Assembly: GCA_003476445.1 (NCBI GenBank)
Contig: DMUF01000037.1
Span: 686-35,783, forward strand
DNA from: Gammaproteobacteria bacterium
GTDB taxonomy: Bacteria; Pseudomonadota; Gammaproteobacteria; Pseudomonadales; Azotimanducaceae
DNA: 35,098 nt
Reading direction: 5' to 3'
Numbering within the stretch: position 1 is the stretch's first letter; the number at the start of each line of letters is the position of its first letter. The notes under the pieces were generated by a model. That model saw only the letters and a program-made list of their open reading frames with translations. It did no database searches and was not told the origin of the DNA. A program made the position numbers and the translations under genes. This document shows, one piece after another, positions 1 to 9,237 of the stretch.

Positions 1-170
1 GCATCTTCGAGCGCTTCTTCACGACGCTGGAATCTGGCAGAGGAACAGGGATAGGTCTCAGCTTCTGCAAGATGGTGATGGAAGGCCTGGGAGGCGAGAT
101 CACGGTGGACTCGACAGAAGGTGAATTCACGACCTTTCGGCTGCTGTTTCCGATTGAGGCTAAATCCTGA
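1..170 (+). CDS. sensor histidine kinase, C-terminal fragment (HATPase_c domain); the 5' end lies outside the window
   Basis: Frame 3 reads IFERFFTTLESGRGTGIGLSFCKMVMEGLGGEITVDSTEGEFTTFRLLFPIEAKS. It contains the GxGxGL ATP-lid box and terminal strands typical of histidine kinase catalytic domains. TGA at 168-170. Confidence 0.8.
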   Translation, partial: IFERFFTTLESGRGTGIGLSFCKMVMEGLGGEITVDSTEGEFTTFRLLFPIEAKS

Positions 171-1230
171 AGAGCTGCTCCGCGTTTGACGATAGCTCTG
201 GCCACTGTCTGGGCAGGTGATCATCGACGCGTAATGAGTCGATGTGCGGGTAGTCGGAGCCCCAGACGATATTGCTTCTGCCCACAAGCTCGAGCGCTGC
301 ATCGATCGTCCGCTCGCCTTGCTCGGCGACGAAATAACAATTGCTGCGAATGTGGTCGCTCGGCTTGGTCGAAAGCCCCGTCAGCGCTCGCAAGGCCTCG
401 AATTTTGCATCGAGGCGATCCATCAAGTAGGGGGCAAAACCACACCCGGCCTCAACGCTGACGACCTTGAGGTTCGGGTAGCGTTCGAACAACTGATCCG
501 TAATGGTGCTCGCAATGGCGGGGACCAGCTGGCCGGTACCGCCGAGACCGAAACTGAAGATGGGGCCCGGCGAGGTGGCGTGCCACGCGCCGAAAGGCGA
601 GACCGAGCCATCGAAACGAACTATGACGTGAAAGCAGGCTGGTACCCTGGCGGCCTGGCAGAGCGCCCACAGCGAATTGAAATGACGGTCTGCGGGGCGC
701 CGTCCGTCAATCATCTCCGGCGGGACGAAGAGCCCGCGGAACCCCCTCTGAATACAGCGCTCGAACTCGCGTGTCGCTTCCTCCACATCTCTCCAGTTGA
801 CCACTGCTACCGGGAACAGACGTTTGCGATCAGCCTGGCAGAAATCGTAGACCCAGTTGTTGTAAGCCCGACAGTACGCGTTCGCGAGATCAAGATCGTC
901 GGTAGGAAAAGGAAGAATGCAGATCGTCGGAAAGATGATGGCCTTGGTGATGCCCCACTCATCCATTCGTCGCAGCCGGGCGTGCCCGTCGAAGCTATCG
1001 TCAGGATTGTCTCTTCTGTATGAAAGACGTCCGGAGAAAAGCGCGGTCTTATCCGCTTCAGCGCCACCGAGACCGGCAACAGCACCTTCGAGTACGACCT
1101 GGTTACCGATGATCAGGCGTTCCTTGCCACCCACCTCCGTAATACGGATAGCCCGATCTCGATAGCGTTCTTCGAGATACTCCTCCCACAACGTGGCCGG
1201 CTCGAGAATGTGAGCGTCACAGTCGATCAT
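160..1230 (-). CDS. amidohydrolase family protein (amidohydrolase_2 / ACMSD-like metal-dependent hydrolase)
   Basis: N-terminus MIDCDAHILEP and C-terminal WGSDYPHID metal-ligand motifs. The ORF-track start at 1257 is a TTG. The ATG at 1230 is preceded by GGGGGAAG about 5 nt upstream, so I prefer it. Confidence 0.85.
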   Translation of the reverse strand: MIDCDAHILEPATLWEEYLEERYRDRAIRITEVGGKERLIIGNQVVLEGAVAGLGGAEADKTALFSGRLSYRRDNPDDSFDGHARLRRMDEWGITKAIIFPTICILPFPTDDLDLANAYCRAYNNWVYDFCQADRKRLFPVAVVNWRDVEEATREFERCIQRGFRGLFVPPEMIDGRRPADRHFNSLWALCQAARVPACFHVIVRFDGSVSPFGAWHATSPGPIFSFGLGGTGQLVPAIASTITDQLFERYPNLKVVSVEAGCGFAPYLMDRLDAKFEALRALTGLSTKPSDHIRSNCYFVAEQGERTIDAALELVGRSNIVWGSDYPHIDSLRVDDHLPRQWPELSSNAEQLFRI

Positions 1231-1351
1231 GGTCTTCCCCCAAGGCGCTCGACTCAATCACTGGGTCGAGGCTCGAAGCGGGTAATGTAAACAACAAAAA
1301 GTCATCTGCGAAGGTTAATCGAAACGCTGTCGCTCGCGCCGTGGCTCTCCT

Positions 1352-2713
1352 ATGATGGAACGCTTCCCGCCGATGCAGCCAATGAGCGCCCGCGACCTCA
1401 CTCAGGATTCCGTTAGCCGGTCCCTGTTTCGCATGACAGCCCCCATGATGGTGGGTGTATCGAGCAGCATTCTGGTCTCCATGCTCGAGATTGGCTTCAT
1501 TGGCAAGCTGGGCACGGTTCCGCTCGCAGCCATCACGTTCACCTTTCCGCTCGTCATGATTCTGACCAGCATTGCGCTGGGAATCGGAATCGGAACTTCT
1601 TCGGTGATTGCCCGCGGATTCGGCTCGGGCGCGCGCGAAGAGTCGCGGCGCCTTGGAACCCACAGTCTGATGCTGACCTTTACGGTCACAGTCGTGTTGT
1701 CGCTGATCGGTTGGTTGACCATCGATCCCGTGTTCTCTGCGCTGGGCGCCGGGCCTGAAGTACTCGGTCACATCCACGAGTACCTCGACATCTATTACCC
1801 AAGCGTGGTGCTGATGACCCTGACGATGGTTGCCAGCAACATCATGCGCGCCAATGGCAGCGCTGGAATTCCTGGCACGGTGATGACCGTGGGCTCGCTC
1901 GTGAACCTGGCGCTGGACCCCATTCTGATCTTCGGCTGGTTCGGGATGCCACGCATGGAACTGGCGGGGGCTGCAACTGCAGCTCTGATCGCGCGCGTCA
2001 TCACGGCGGGCGTACTGCTGCGCTACGTGACGCGGGGGCGCATGATCGCGACCGACGGCATTCTCTCGGGCTTCTGGTCATCCTGCCGCCGGATTCTGCA
2101 TGTGGGATTGCCCGCAATTGCCACGCAGCTCATTGGCCCCGTCTCAGGCGCCGTGGTGACGCATATGCTGGCACGTCACGGGGAAGTGGTCGTCGCAGGT
2201 TACGGAGTTGCCACCCGCGTGGAGTCCGTCGCGGTCATGCTGCTGTTCGCCCTCTCCGGAAGCATTGGCCCCTTCATCGGGCAGAATTGGGGAGCAAAGC
2301 GACCCGAGCGGGTCGCCGCCGGCTTACGAGTAACGTTCCGCTTCTGTCTCATCTGGGGGCTTGTCGCGGGCGCACCGATGATCGCTTTCGGAGATGTCAT
2401 TGCCGGATGGATCGATCACAATCCGGTAGTAATCAAGACCGCGGCCTTCTACCTGACGATCGTTCCATGGACTTATGGTCTGTGGGGGATACTCATGATG
2501 ACATCCGCCTCGTTCAATGCCCTCGGCAAACCGGTACCCTCGACCGTCATGTCTTTCACCAGGATGTTCATCCTGTACATACCGCTCGCACTGGTGCTCA
2601 ACCATTTCTGGGGCTACGAGGGCATCTTCGTCGCCACCGCGATCAGCAACGCGGTCATGGGGATGGTCGGCTATGTCTGGTTCCGACGCGCGTTTCCGCT
2701 CGATGCCCGTTAG
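1352..2713 (+). CDS. MATE family efflux transporter
   Basis: 453 aa, polytopic and hydrophobic throughout. The N-terminus LTQDSVSRSLFRMTAPMMVGVSSSILVSMLEIGFIGKLG matches the MATE/NorM-type signature. ATG at 1352. Confidence 0.9.
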   Translation: MMERFPPMQPMSARDLTQDSVSRSLFRMTAPMMVGVSSSILVSMLEIGFIGKLGTVPLAAITFTFPLVMILTSIALGIGIGTSSVIARGFGSGAREESRRLGTHSLMLTFTVTVVLSLIGWLTIDPVFSALGAGPEVLGHIHEYLDIYYPSVVLMTLTMVASNIMRANGSAGIPGTVMTVGSLVNLALDPILIFGWFGMPRMELAGAATAALIARVITAGVLLRYVTRGRMIATDGILSGFWSSCRRILHVGLPAIATQLIGPVSGAVVTHMLARHGEVVVAGYGVATRVESVAVMLLFALSGSIGPFIGQNWGAKRPERVAAGLRVTFRFCLIWGLVAGAPMIAFGDVIAGWIDHNPVVIKTAAFYLTIVPWTYGLWGILMMTSASFNALGKPVPSTVMSFTRMFILYIPLALVLNHFWGYEGIFVATAISNAVMGMVGYVWFRRAFPLDAR

Positions 2714-3677
2714 GCGACTCGTAACGATTCCCTTGTTCCTGCTGGCCACGGGGATCGTGACGCTTCTGCTGCCCGCAATCGTCGTCGTCGGGGCTGCGCT
2801 ATCCCTCGTGCCCGCGCTGCGCGGCACCTTGCGGACGCTCTTGTTTCTCACCGGTTACCTGTGGTGCGAGACCATTGGCATCCTTGTTTCAATCCTCATC
2901 TGGGTGCGTTACCGGGATCAGGGCGCATTTCTTGCCGCGAACTATCGGCTGCAATGCTGGTGGGCGAACGCCCTGAAGCGCCTCGCGGAGGTTCTGTTCC
3001 AACTGCGTTTCGAAATCACGGGCGCGAAGGCGCTTGAGGGGCAGGCGGCACTCATGATGCCCCGCCACGCAAGCATCGCGGACACGATCATTCCCATGGT
3101 CTTCTATGCGATTCCGTATGGTCTGCGTTTGCGGTACGTGCTCAAACAGGAACTGCTCATCGACCCCTGCCTCGACATCGTGGGCAACCGCCTGCCTAAC
3201 CTGTTCGTGGATCGCAGCGGGCAAGACAGTGAAAGCGCCCGACGCGGTGTTGCCGCACTCATGCACGGCCTGGGCGCTAACGAAGGCGTGCTGATCTACC
3301 CAGAGGGCACACGCTTTTCTGAATCAAAACGCGAGGCGTTACGCGGGCGGCAACGCGACAATGCTGCTCTGATCGCGCAGCTCGATCGCTGGCGACTGCT
3401 CATGCCGCCGCGGCTGGGAGGCACGCTGGCGCTACTCGACAGCAACCCGGGTCGTGATCTCGTGTTCTGCGCGCATACCGGATTTGAGGGCTCCAGCCAT
3501 TTCTCCAATCTGTTGAACGGCGGCTGGGTCGGTGCTCAGGTGCGCATCCATTTCTGGCGCGTGCCCTTTGATGTGATCCCGACGAAGCAGGACGAGCGAG
3601 TCACGTTCCTGTTTGAACAGTGGGATCTGATGGAGAAGTCTGTGGAACGGCTGCGGACCGCTGCCCCGGCGACGTGA
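2703..3677 (+). CDS. lysophospholipid (1-acyl-sn-glycerol-3-phosphate type) acyltransferase family protein with N-terminal TM helices
   Basis: Has the HX4D motif (PRHASIADT) and the EGTR motif (IYPEGTRFSE) of the PlsC/LPLAT family. The first ATG downstream of the MATE gene body is at 2703 and overlaps the MATE stop (2711-2713) by 11 nt. The track ORF from 2517 is an out-of-frame run-on through the MATE gene. Confidence 0.85.
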   Translation: MPVRRLVTIPLFLLATGIVTLLLPAIVVVGAALSLVPALRGTLRTLLFLTGYLWCETIGILVSILIWVRYRDQGAFLAANYRLQCWWANALKRLAEVLFQLRFEITGAKALEGQAALMMPRHASIADTIIPMVFYAIPYGLRLRYVLKQELLIDPCLDIVGNRLPNLFVDRSGQDSESARRGVAALMHGLGANEGVLIYPEGTRFSESKREALRGRQRDNAALIAQLDRWRLLMPPRLGGTLALLDSNPGRDLVFCAHTGFEGSSHFSNLLNGGWVGAQVRIHFWRVPFDVIPTKQDERVTFLFEQWDLMEKSVERLRTAAPAT

Positions 3678-3713
3678 CCCTCAGGCGAGTCCGCCGCCGA
3701 AGCGCCAGCCGCT

Positions 3714-4733
3714 TCAGGAAGGTTCGGCGAGCTTCAGGAGCTGCTTGCCCACGTTGCGACCGGTGAAGAGCCGATTGAGCGTGTCCGGAATATTCTCGAA
3801 CCCTTCCTGCACATCTTCCTGATGCACAAGCTCGCCGCTCTTGATCCATCCGAGCAGATCCGTCACCGCCTGCTGGCTGCGATTCATGTAATCGATGACG
3901 ATGAAGCCTTCCATGCGCGCGCGCATGATCACAAGATTCATGAGATTCACCGGGCCGGGCTGCGGGGTCGTGGCGTTATAAGCCGAGATACCGCCGCAAA
4001 GAACGACGCGGGCGCGCATATTGATGTGATTGAGCGCCGCCTCGAGGATCGATCCGCCCACGTTGTCAAAGAACACATCGACACGATCCGGGCACAGCGC
4101 GCGGATACGGTCGTCTACGTTCTCGTTCTTGTAATCGATGACGGCATCGAAACGAGCTACATCCGTGAGCCAGCGACACTTATCCGCACCGCCGGCAATA
4201 CCGACCACGCGACAGCCCTTGATTCGTGCAATCTGCCCCGCGATCGAACCGGTCGCACCGGCCGCGCCTGACACGAGCACCGTCTCCCCCGGCTTCGGCT
4301 GACCAAGATCGAGCAGCCCCCAGTACGCGGTTAACCCGGTGACCCCCAGTACGCCGAGAGCCATCGGCGGCGTGACACCCGGCGGCAGCTTGTTGAGACC
4401 GGGCCAGCCCATGCCTGGCCGCACGGCGACGAAATCCTGCCACCCGCCGGTCGTCTGAACGAGATCGCCCACCTTGAAATCGGCGTGGCGCGATTCGGCG
4501 ATCTGGCCGACCGAGCCCGCGCGCATGACCTCTCCCAGACCAACTGGCGGCAGGTAGCTTTCTCGGTCTTCCATCCACCCACGCTGCGTCGGGTCGAAGG
4601 AGAGGTACAGATTGCGCACCAGCACTTCGCCGTCGGAGATGGAGGGAATCGGGCTTTCCCGGTACTCGAAATTGTCGCGGGTCACCATGCCATGGGGCCG
4701 CTTCGCAAGGACCCACTGACGATTGGTATTCAT
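3714..4733 (-). CDS. NADP-dependent oxidoreductase, zinc-independent MDR family (YncB/CurA, alkenal/one reductase-like)
   Basis: N-terminus MNTNRQWVLAKRPHGMVTRDNFEY and cofactor motif VLVSGAAGATGSIAGQIARIKGCRVVGIAGG. ATG at 4733 with GGAGA 7 nt upstream. Confidence 0.9.
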   Translation of the reverse strand: MNTNRQWVLAKRPHGMVTRDNFEYRESPIPSISDGEVLVRNLYLSFDPTQRGWMEDRESYLPPVGLGEVMRAGSVGQIAESRHADFKVGDLVQTTGGWQDFVAVRPGMGWPGLNKLPPGVTPPMALGVLGVTGLTAYWGLLDLGQPKPGETVLVSGAAGATGSIAGQIARIKGCRVVGIAGGADKCRWLTDVARFDAVIDYKNENVDDRIRALCPDRVDVFFDNVGGSILEAALNHINMRARVVLCGGISAYNATTPQPGPVNLMNLVIMRARMEGFIVIDYMNRSQQAVTDLLGWIKSGELVHQEDVQEGFENIPDTLNRLFTGRNVGKQLLKLAEPS

Positions 4734-4858
4734 GTCGGCGTCTCCAGCCTGACTAAGGATGGTTGATTAAATCATCCGTGGTCGGCAGAGTCTTGACGCC
4801 GTTTTCACCCAGAGAGCGGGCCGGACATGTTCGACCTTTCACGGAGCATTCGACAAAC

Positions 4859-5824
4859 GTGCCAACGACCGCTGTTGCGCATCCGAACATCGCGCTCATC
4901 AAATACTGGGGCAAGGCCCAGGGTGAGCTCAATGTGCCTGCCACGCCTTCACTTTCGATAACCCTCGATACGCTCTGCACACGAACCCAGGTACAGAGCG
5001 CGGCTCGAGATCGAATCGTCCTCGATGGAAACGAAACGGACGATGCGAAGATCAGTGCCTGCATTGCTGCGCTACGCGAGGCTCATGCGCTGCCACCCAT
5101 CGAGGTAGAGACGCGGAACAACTTTCCGACGGCTTCCGGTCTTGCGTCTTCCGCCTCCGGTTTCGCCGCCCTGGTGACGGCGATAGATCATGAGTTTGGC
5201 CTTGGCATGGACGCCGCCACGCGATCCGACTATGCCCGTCGCGCGTCAGGGTCTGCCGCGCGCTCGATCCACGGCGGCTTCGTCAGACTATCCGGCCCCG
5301 ACTGGCGAGCCCGGCAGGTGCTTGCTGAGCAGGCCTGGCCGCTCGAGGTCGTGGTTGCGATCACGACTACCTCACGGAAGGAGGTTTCCTCGTCCGTGGG
5401 CATGCGCAGATCCATGGATTCGCCCTTCTACCAGGGTTGGGTCAGCAGCACGCGAGTCGACTATGAAGCGGGAATAGCTGTTGTAATCGAGCGCGACTTC
5501 GAGCGACTCGCCGAACTCGCTGAACACAGCTGCCTGAAGATGCACGGGCTGATGCTCGCCACCCGGCCAGGACTCATCTATTGGAACTCGGCGACGATTG
5601 CCTGCCTTCACGCGATCAGGGAACTTCGCGCTTCAGGCACCCCGGTCTTCTTTACTGTGGATGCAGGTTCCCAGGTCAAAGCCATCTGCGCACCCGGCCG
5701 AGCCTCTGAGGTTGCCAACACGTTGCGCGCCCTGCCGGGCGTCATCGAAACACTCGTGACAGGGCTTGGCGCTGGCGCCCGTATCGTCGACGACTTCGAG
5801 CGCCAGCCCGGGTTGGCTGAATGA
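4859..5824 (+). CDS. mvaD: diphosphomevalonate decarboxylase
   Basis: Motifs HPNIALIKYWGK, PTASGLASSASGFAALV, SGSAARS and FFTVDAGSQVK. The longest ORF begins at a TTG at 4763. I prefer the GTG at 4859 because it gives the usual 8 residues or so before HPNIALIKYWGK and leaves room for the divergent promoters. The start is uncertain; the stop at 5822-5824 is firm. Confidence 0.88.
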   Translation: MPTTAVAHPNIALIKYWGKAQGELNVPATPSLSITLDTLCTRTQVQSAARDRIVLDGNETDDAKISACIAALREAHALPPIEVETRNNFPTASGLASSASGFAALVTAIDHEFGLGMDAATRSDYARRASGSAARSIHGGFVRLSGPDWRARQVLAEQAWPLEVVVAITTTSRKEVSSSVGMRRSMDSPFYQGWVSSTRVDYEAGIAVVIERDFERLAELAEHSCLKMHGLMLATRPGLIYWNSATIACLHAIRELRASGTPVFFTVDAGSQVKAICAPGRASEVANTLRALPGVIETLVTGLGAGARIVDDFERQPGLAE

Positions 5825-6861
5825 TCAGCACCACCATCGAGTGTCAGGCGCCGGGTAAGGTCGTTCTGTGGGGCGAGTACGCAGTGCTTGCCGGTGCGCC
5901 GGCGCTGGTGGTCGCCGTCGACCGCGTTGCACGCTGCCAGCTACGGGTTCTGCGTTCCTCGGTGAAGCCCACGGCTGAACGTTCACCCTGGGAGTTCACC
6001 AGCCGCGGCTTCAGCGCCGAGCCAACGGGGCTATCACGCAGCGCTCTGCTCGGCCCCGATGCGCCTGCTGCGGCAAGCGCGGCCCGCATCGCCTGGCACG
6101 TGCTGCAGGCATTGCAGCTGTACTCAGAGGACGCGGCTCGACGCCTGCCATCCCATGCCGACGTGCTGCTGGATACCAACGGTTTCTTCCATCGCGGCGT
6201 CAAGCTTGGCGTTGGGTCAAGCGCGGCACTGACGGTCGCCTTGTATGGAACGTTCTGCACGCTGATCGGCATTACGCCCGACTTTGGTCAGGCTGTTGCC
6301 ATCCACAGGTCAATTCAGTCGAGTCATGGCAGCGGCGTCGACATTGCCGCTGCCTGGTACGGCGGGCTGATCCGTTTCGAGCGCAACGCGAGTAATGCCG
6401 CCGCGCTGCCGAGCGTCGCGCCCGCAGCCGCTCTCGATGGCATCAAGATCCAGTATTTCTGGACAGGTCATCCCGCGAGCACCACAGCGCATCTCGAGCG
6501 CTTCTCGCGGTGGCAAGAAGAGGGCGATACCAATGCGCTCACCGCCCTGGTCGCCGCATCGCGCGCACTTTTCGCCGCAAGCGATACCCTGCGCGCGCTC
6601 GAGCACTACATTGCCTGCCTACGCGCACTGGATACCAGCGCACAACTCGGCATCTACGACGCGAGCCACGCGACGATGCACGCGCTTGCGCAATCCTGCG
6701 GGGTGCTCTACAAACCCTGCGGCGCCGGTGGCGGAGATATCGGTGCCGCCTTCTCTGATGACGCCGAACGACTCGAACGGTTCACGCTTAAGGCAGCCGA
6801 AACCAGCGTGATACCCCTTCCCCTGGAGACTGCTAGTCATGGCATCCGCACCAGCCACTGA
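5821..6861 (+). CDS. mvaK2: phosphomevalonate kinase (GHMP kinase, ERG8 type)
   Basis: Motifs APGKVVLWGEYAVLAGAPALVVAVD, KLGVGSSAALTVAL and YKPCGAGGGDIGAAF. Its ATG overlaps the mvaD stop (ATGA at 5821-5824). Confidence 0.85.
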   Translation: MISTTIECQAPGKVVLWGEYAVLAGAPALVVAVDRVARCQLRVLRSSVKPTAERSPWEFTSRGFSAEPTGLSRSALLGPDAPAAASAARIAWHVLQALQLYSEDAARRLPSHADVLLDTNGFFHRGVKLGVGSSAALTVALYGTFCTLIGITPDFGQAVAIHRSIQSSHGSGVDIAAAWYGGLIRFERNASNAAALPSVAPAAALDGIKIQYFWTGHPASTTAHLERFSRWQEEGDTNALTALVAASRALFAASDTLRALEHYIACLRALDTSAQLGIYDASHATMHALAQSCGVLYKPCGAGGGDIGAAFSDDAERLERFTLKAAETSVIPLPLETASHGIRTSH

Positions 6862-9115
6862 ATCCGGCGCGCGTATACCCAATTTCTTCAAGATGAGCGT
6901 GAGCGAGCGGGTAACCGCCCTGCATCAGCGCGGGCTGCTCTCGAACGCAGATCTCGACGCGCTCACGAGCGGCGATCATCAGCTGCGTCTTGCGGTTGCA
7001 GATCGCATGATCGAGAACGTGCTCGGCGTCTTCGGCCTGCCACTGGGTGTTGCGCTCAACTTCCTTATCAACGGCCGCGACTACGTGATACCGCTGGTGG
7101 TGGAGGAACCCTCCATCGTCGCCGGTCTCTCGGGAGCCGCGCGCATGGCGCGTCTGAGTGGCGGCTACGAAGCCTCGAGCACGCAGCCGATCCTGATCGG
7201 TCAGGTTCAGGCCGTGAACATCGACGATGTCGATCGAGCAAAAGCTGCTTTGCTCGCGCGCCGAGAAGAGATCCTTGCTCTCGCCAACAGCCTGCACCCC
7301 AAGATGCAGGCCCGGGGCGGCGGCGCCATCGATATCGAGGTGTTCCATTACCACGCACCTGAAGACGGTCGGCAAATGGTGGTCCTCCACCTCCTGGTCG
7401 ATACGCGCGACGCGATGGGCGCCAACCTCGTCAACACCATGTGCGAAGGCATCGCATCGCTCGTGGAAACGATCACGGGCGGCAAGGTCTTCCTGCGCAT
7501 TCTCTCGAACCTGACGGACCGCGCCATCGCGCGCGCACGCGTGCGCATCCCGCCACAGAATCTAGAGGGCAAAGGATTCACCGGGGAAGAAGTACGCGAT
7601 GGCATCATCCTTGCGAATGATCTGGCCCTTGTTGACCCCTACCGGGCAGCGACTCATAACAAGGGGATCATGAACGGTATCGATGCGGTAGCGATCGCCA
7701 CTGGCAATGACTGGCGTGCAATCGAGGCCGCTGCGCACGCGTATGCCGCCCGCTCGGGCCGGTACTGCGGGCTCACACGCTGGTACCGAAACGAAGCGGG
7801 CGATCTCGTGGGTGAGATCGAGATACCCATGAAGGTAGGCACCGTGGGCGGATCACTCGAAACCAACCCGAGCGTGCGCATCAATCACCGACTGCTAGGC
7901 TCACCGAACGCGCCTGAGCTTGCGGGAATCATGGCCGCAGTGGGTCTTGCCCAGAACTTTGCGGCATTGCGGGCGCTTTCCACCGATGGCATTCAGCAGA
8001 ATCACATGACACTGCACGCACGCAGTGTAGCCAGCACCGCGAATGTCCCTGACCATCTGTTCGATGCGGTGGTGGAGGCGTTGATCGAAAGCGGCGAGAT
8101 CAAGGTTTGGAAGGCGCAGGAGATCGTAACGAAACTGACTCGCGGCAGCGGTAACACGTCTGCAGCGGCGGAGCGCAGCAGCGCGAGCGGCAAGGTGATT
8201 CTGCTGGGCGAGCACGCGGTCGTGTACGGGCGCCCCGCCATCGCGCTGCCAATCCCCCTGGCGGTAGAGGCAATCGTACGACCCGGCGGCAGCGGAGCGA
8301 GTCTTGTCATTCCGCGCTGGGGTGTGGAACAGAAAGTACGCGGGCCTGGCAGCCAAGGGCTGACCGGGATGCTTGGCAGCCTGCTCAAGACGCTGGGGCT
8401 CGCGGACACCGGCATGACCATCGAGGTCATTCCGCACGTGCCTCGAGCCATGGGGCTCGGCGGGTCAGCCGCGCTTGCAGTCGCCATCGTACGGGCGCTC
8501 GACCGCGCTTTTCATCTCGGGCTTGATGACGAGGCAGTCAACGCTCACGCCTATGAGTGCGAACGCTTCGCACACGGCACGCCTTCCGGGATCGACAATA
8601 CGCTCGCCACCTGGGGCCGGCCGATTTTGTTTCAGCGCGCACAAGGTCAGCCCACCGACGACCGACCGCAGCTCGGACCCAACCGCGTGGAGTCACTTGT
8701 GATTGGAGCGGCACTGCCGCTGGTGATTGGAATCACGGGTAAGGAGAGCCTTACCGCCAACACGGTCGCACGGGTACGCGCGATTCATACGGCGCGGCCT
8801 GCACGCTACGACGCCCTTTTCGATCAGATTGCGAGTCTCGTGAGATCCGCACAGGTCTCGCTGCGCGAGGGCAACCTGGTCGAGCTCGGGGAACTCATGA
8901 ACCTGTGTCAGGGCTATCTGAATGCGCTGCAGGTGTCGTCACCCGAACTTGAAGAGCTGATCCACATTGCGCGGATGAACGGGGCGATCGGCGCCAAGCT
9001 GACCGGCGGTGGCGGTGGCGGCTCGATCGTGGCCCTGTGTCCGGGGGAACAAGAGGCGGTGGCTGCTGCCATGCAGCGCGCCGGCTATCGGGCACTCACG
9101 GTAACAGTGGGATAA
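6839..9115 (+). CDS. bifunctional class II HMG-CoA reductase (aa 1 to about 435) / mevalonate kinase (aa about 449-758) fusion protein
   Basis: One uninterrupted 758-codon frame. HMGR motifs: EEPSIVAGLSGAARMA, DAMGANLVNTMCE, THNKGIMNGIDAVAIATGNDWRAIEAAAHAYA and HMTLHARS. Linker TRGSGNTSAAAERSS at about 8141-8185. MVK motifs: GKVILLGEHAVVYG, MGLGGSAALAVAIVRAL and KLTGGGGGGSIVAL. ATG at 6839 has GGAGA 9 nt upstream and overlaps the preceding gene by 23 nt. Confidence 0.9.
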   Translation: MASAPATESGARIPNFFKMSVSERVTALHQRGLLSNADLDALTSGDHQLRLAVADRMIENVLGVFGLPLGVALNFLINGRDYVIPLVVEEPSIVAGLSGAARMARLSGGYEASSTQPILIGQVQAVNIDDVDRAKAALLARREEILALANSLHPKMQARGGGAIDIEVFHYHAPEDGRQMVVLHLLVDTRDAMGANLVNTMCEGIASLVETITGGKVFLRILSNLTDRAIARARVRIPPQNLEGKGFTGEEVRDGIILANDLALVDPYRAATHNKGIMNGIDAVAIATGNDWRAIEAAAHAYAARSGRYCGLTRWYRNEAGDLVGEIEIPMKVGTVGGSLETNPSVRINHRLLGSPNAPELAGIMAAVGLAQNFAALRALSTDGIQQNHMTLHARSVASTANVPDHLFDAVVEALIESGEIKVWKAQEIVTKLTRGSGNTSAAAERSSASGKVILLGEHAVVYGRPAIALPIPLAVEAIVRPGGSGASLVIPRWGVEQKVRGPGSQGLTGMLGSLLKTLGLADTGMTIEVIPHVPRAMGLGGSAALAVAIVRALDRAFHLGLDDEAVNAHAYECERFAHGTPSGIDNTLATWGRPILFQRAQGQPTDDRPQLGPNRVESLVIGAALPLVIGITGKESLTANTVARVRAIHTARPARYDALFDQIASLVRSAQVSLREGNLVELGELMNLCQGYLNALQVSSPELEELIHIARMNGAIGAKLTGGGGGGSIVALCPGEQEAVAAAMQRAGYRALTVTVG

Positions 9116-9237
9116 AGGTCGCCCTGGCTCACGATGACAGGGCTTGCGAGTTAAAGCGTTAGCGCACTTCTGGACGGCAGCGTTGCGGCCATACAAGGAT
9201 CGGGTCAACATCGACCACATCGAAGGGGAGCAATTTC

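Noticed and set aside
2517-2702. Upstream extensions of track ORFs. These are 2517 for the acyltransferase, 14715 for the methyltransferase, 15286 for NUDIX, 29130 for the kinase and 30460 for YciI. The TTG or GTG first codons at 1257, 4763, 10579, 14794, 17060 and 27622 belong to the same class.
   Set aside because: The extensions run through the preceding gene in another frame or start at weak codons without an RBS. Internal ATG or GTG codons with a Shine-Dalgarno sequence, sensible spacing and homologous N-termini fit better.
4763-9115. Mevalonate cluster as a recently acquired genomic island
   Set aside because: No flanking tRNA, integrase, transposase or direct repeats are visible. Base composition and codon bias look the same as in neighbouring genes by eye. 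Acquisition, if any, is not recent or cannot be shown from this window.
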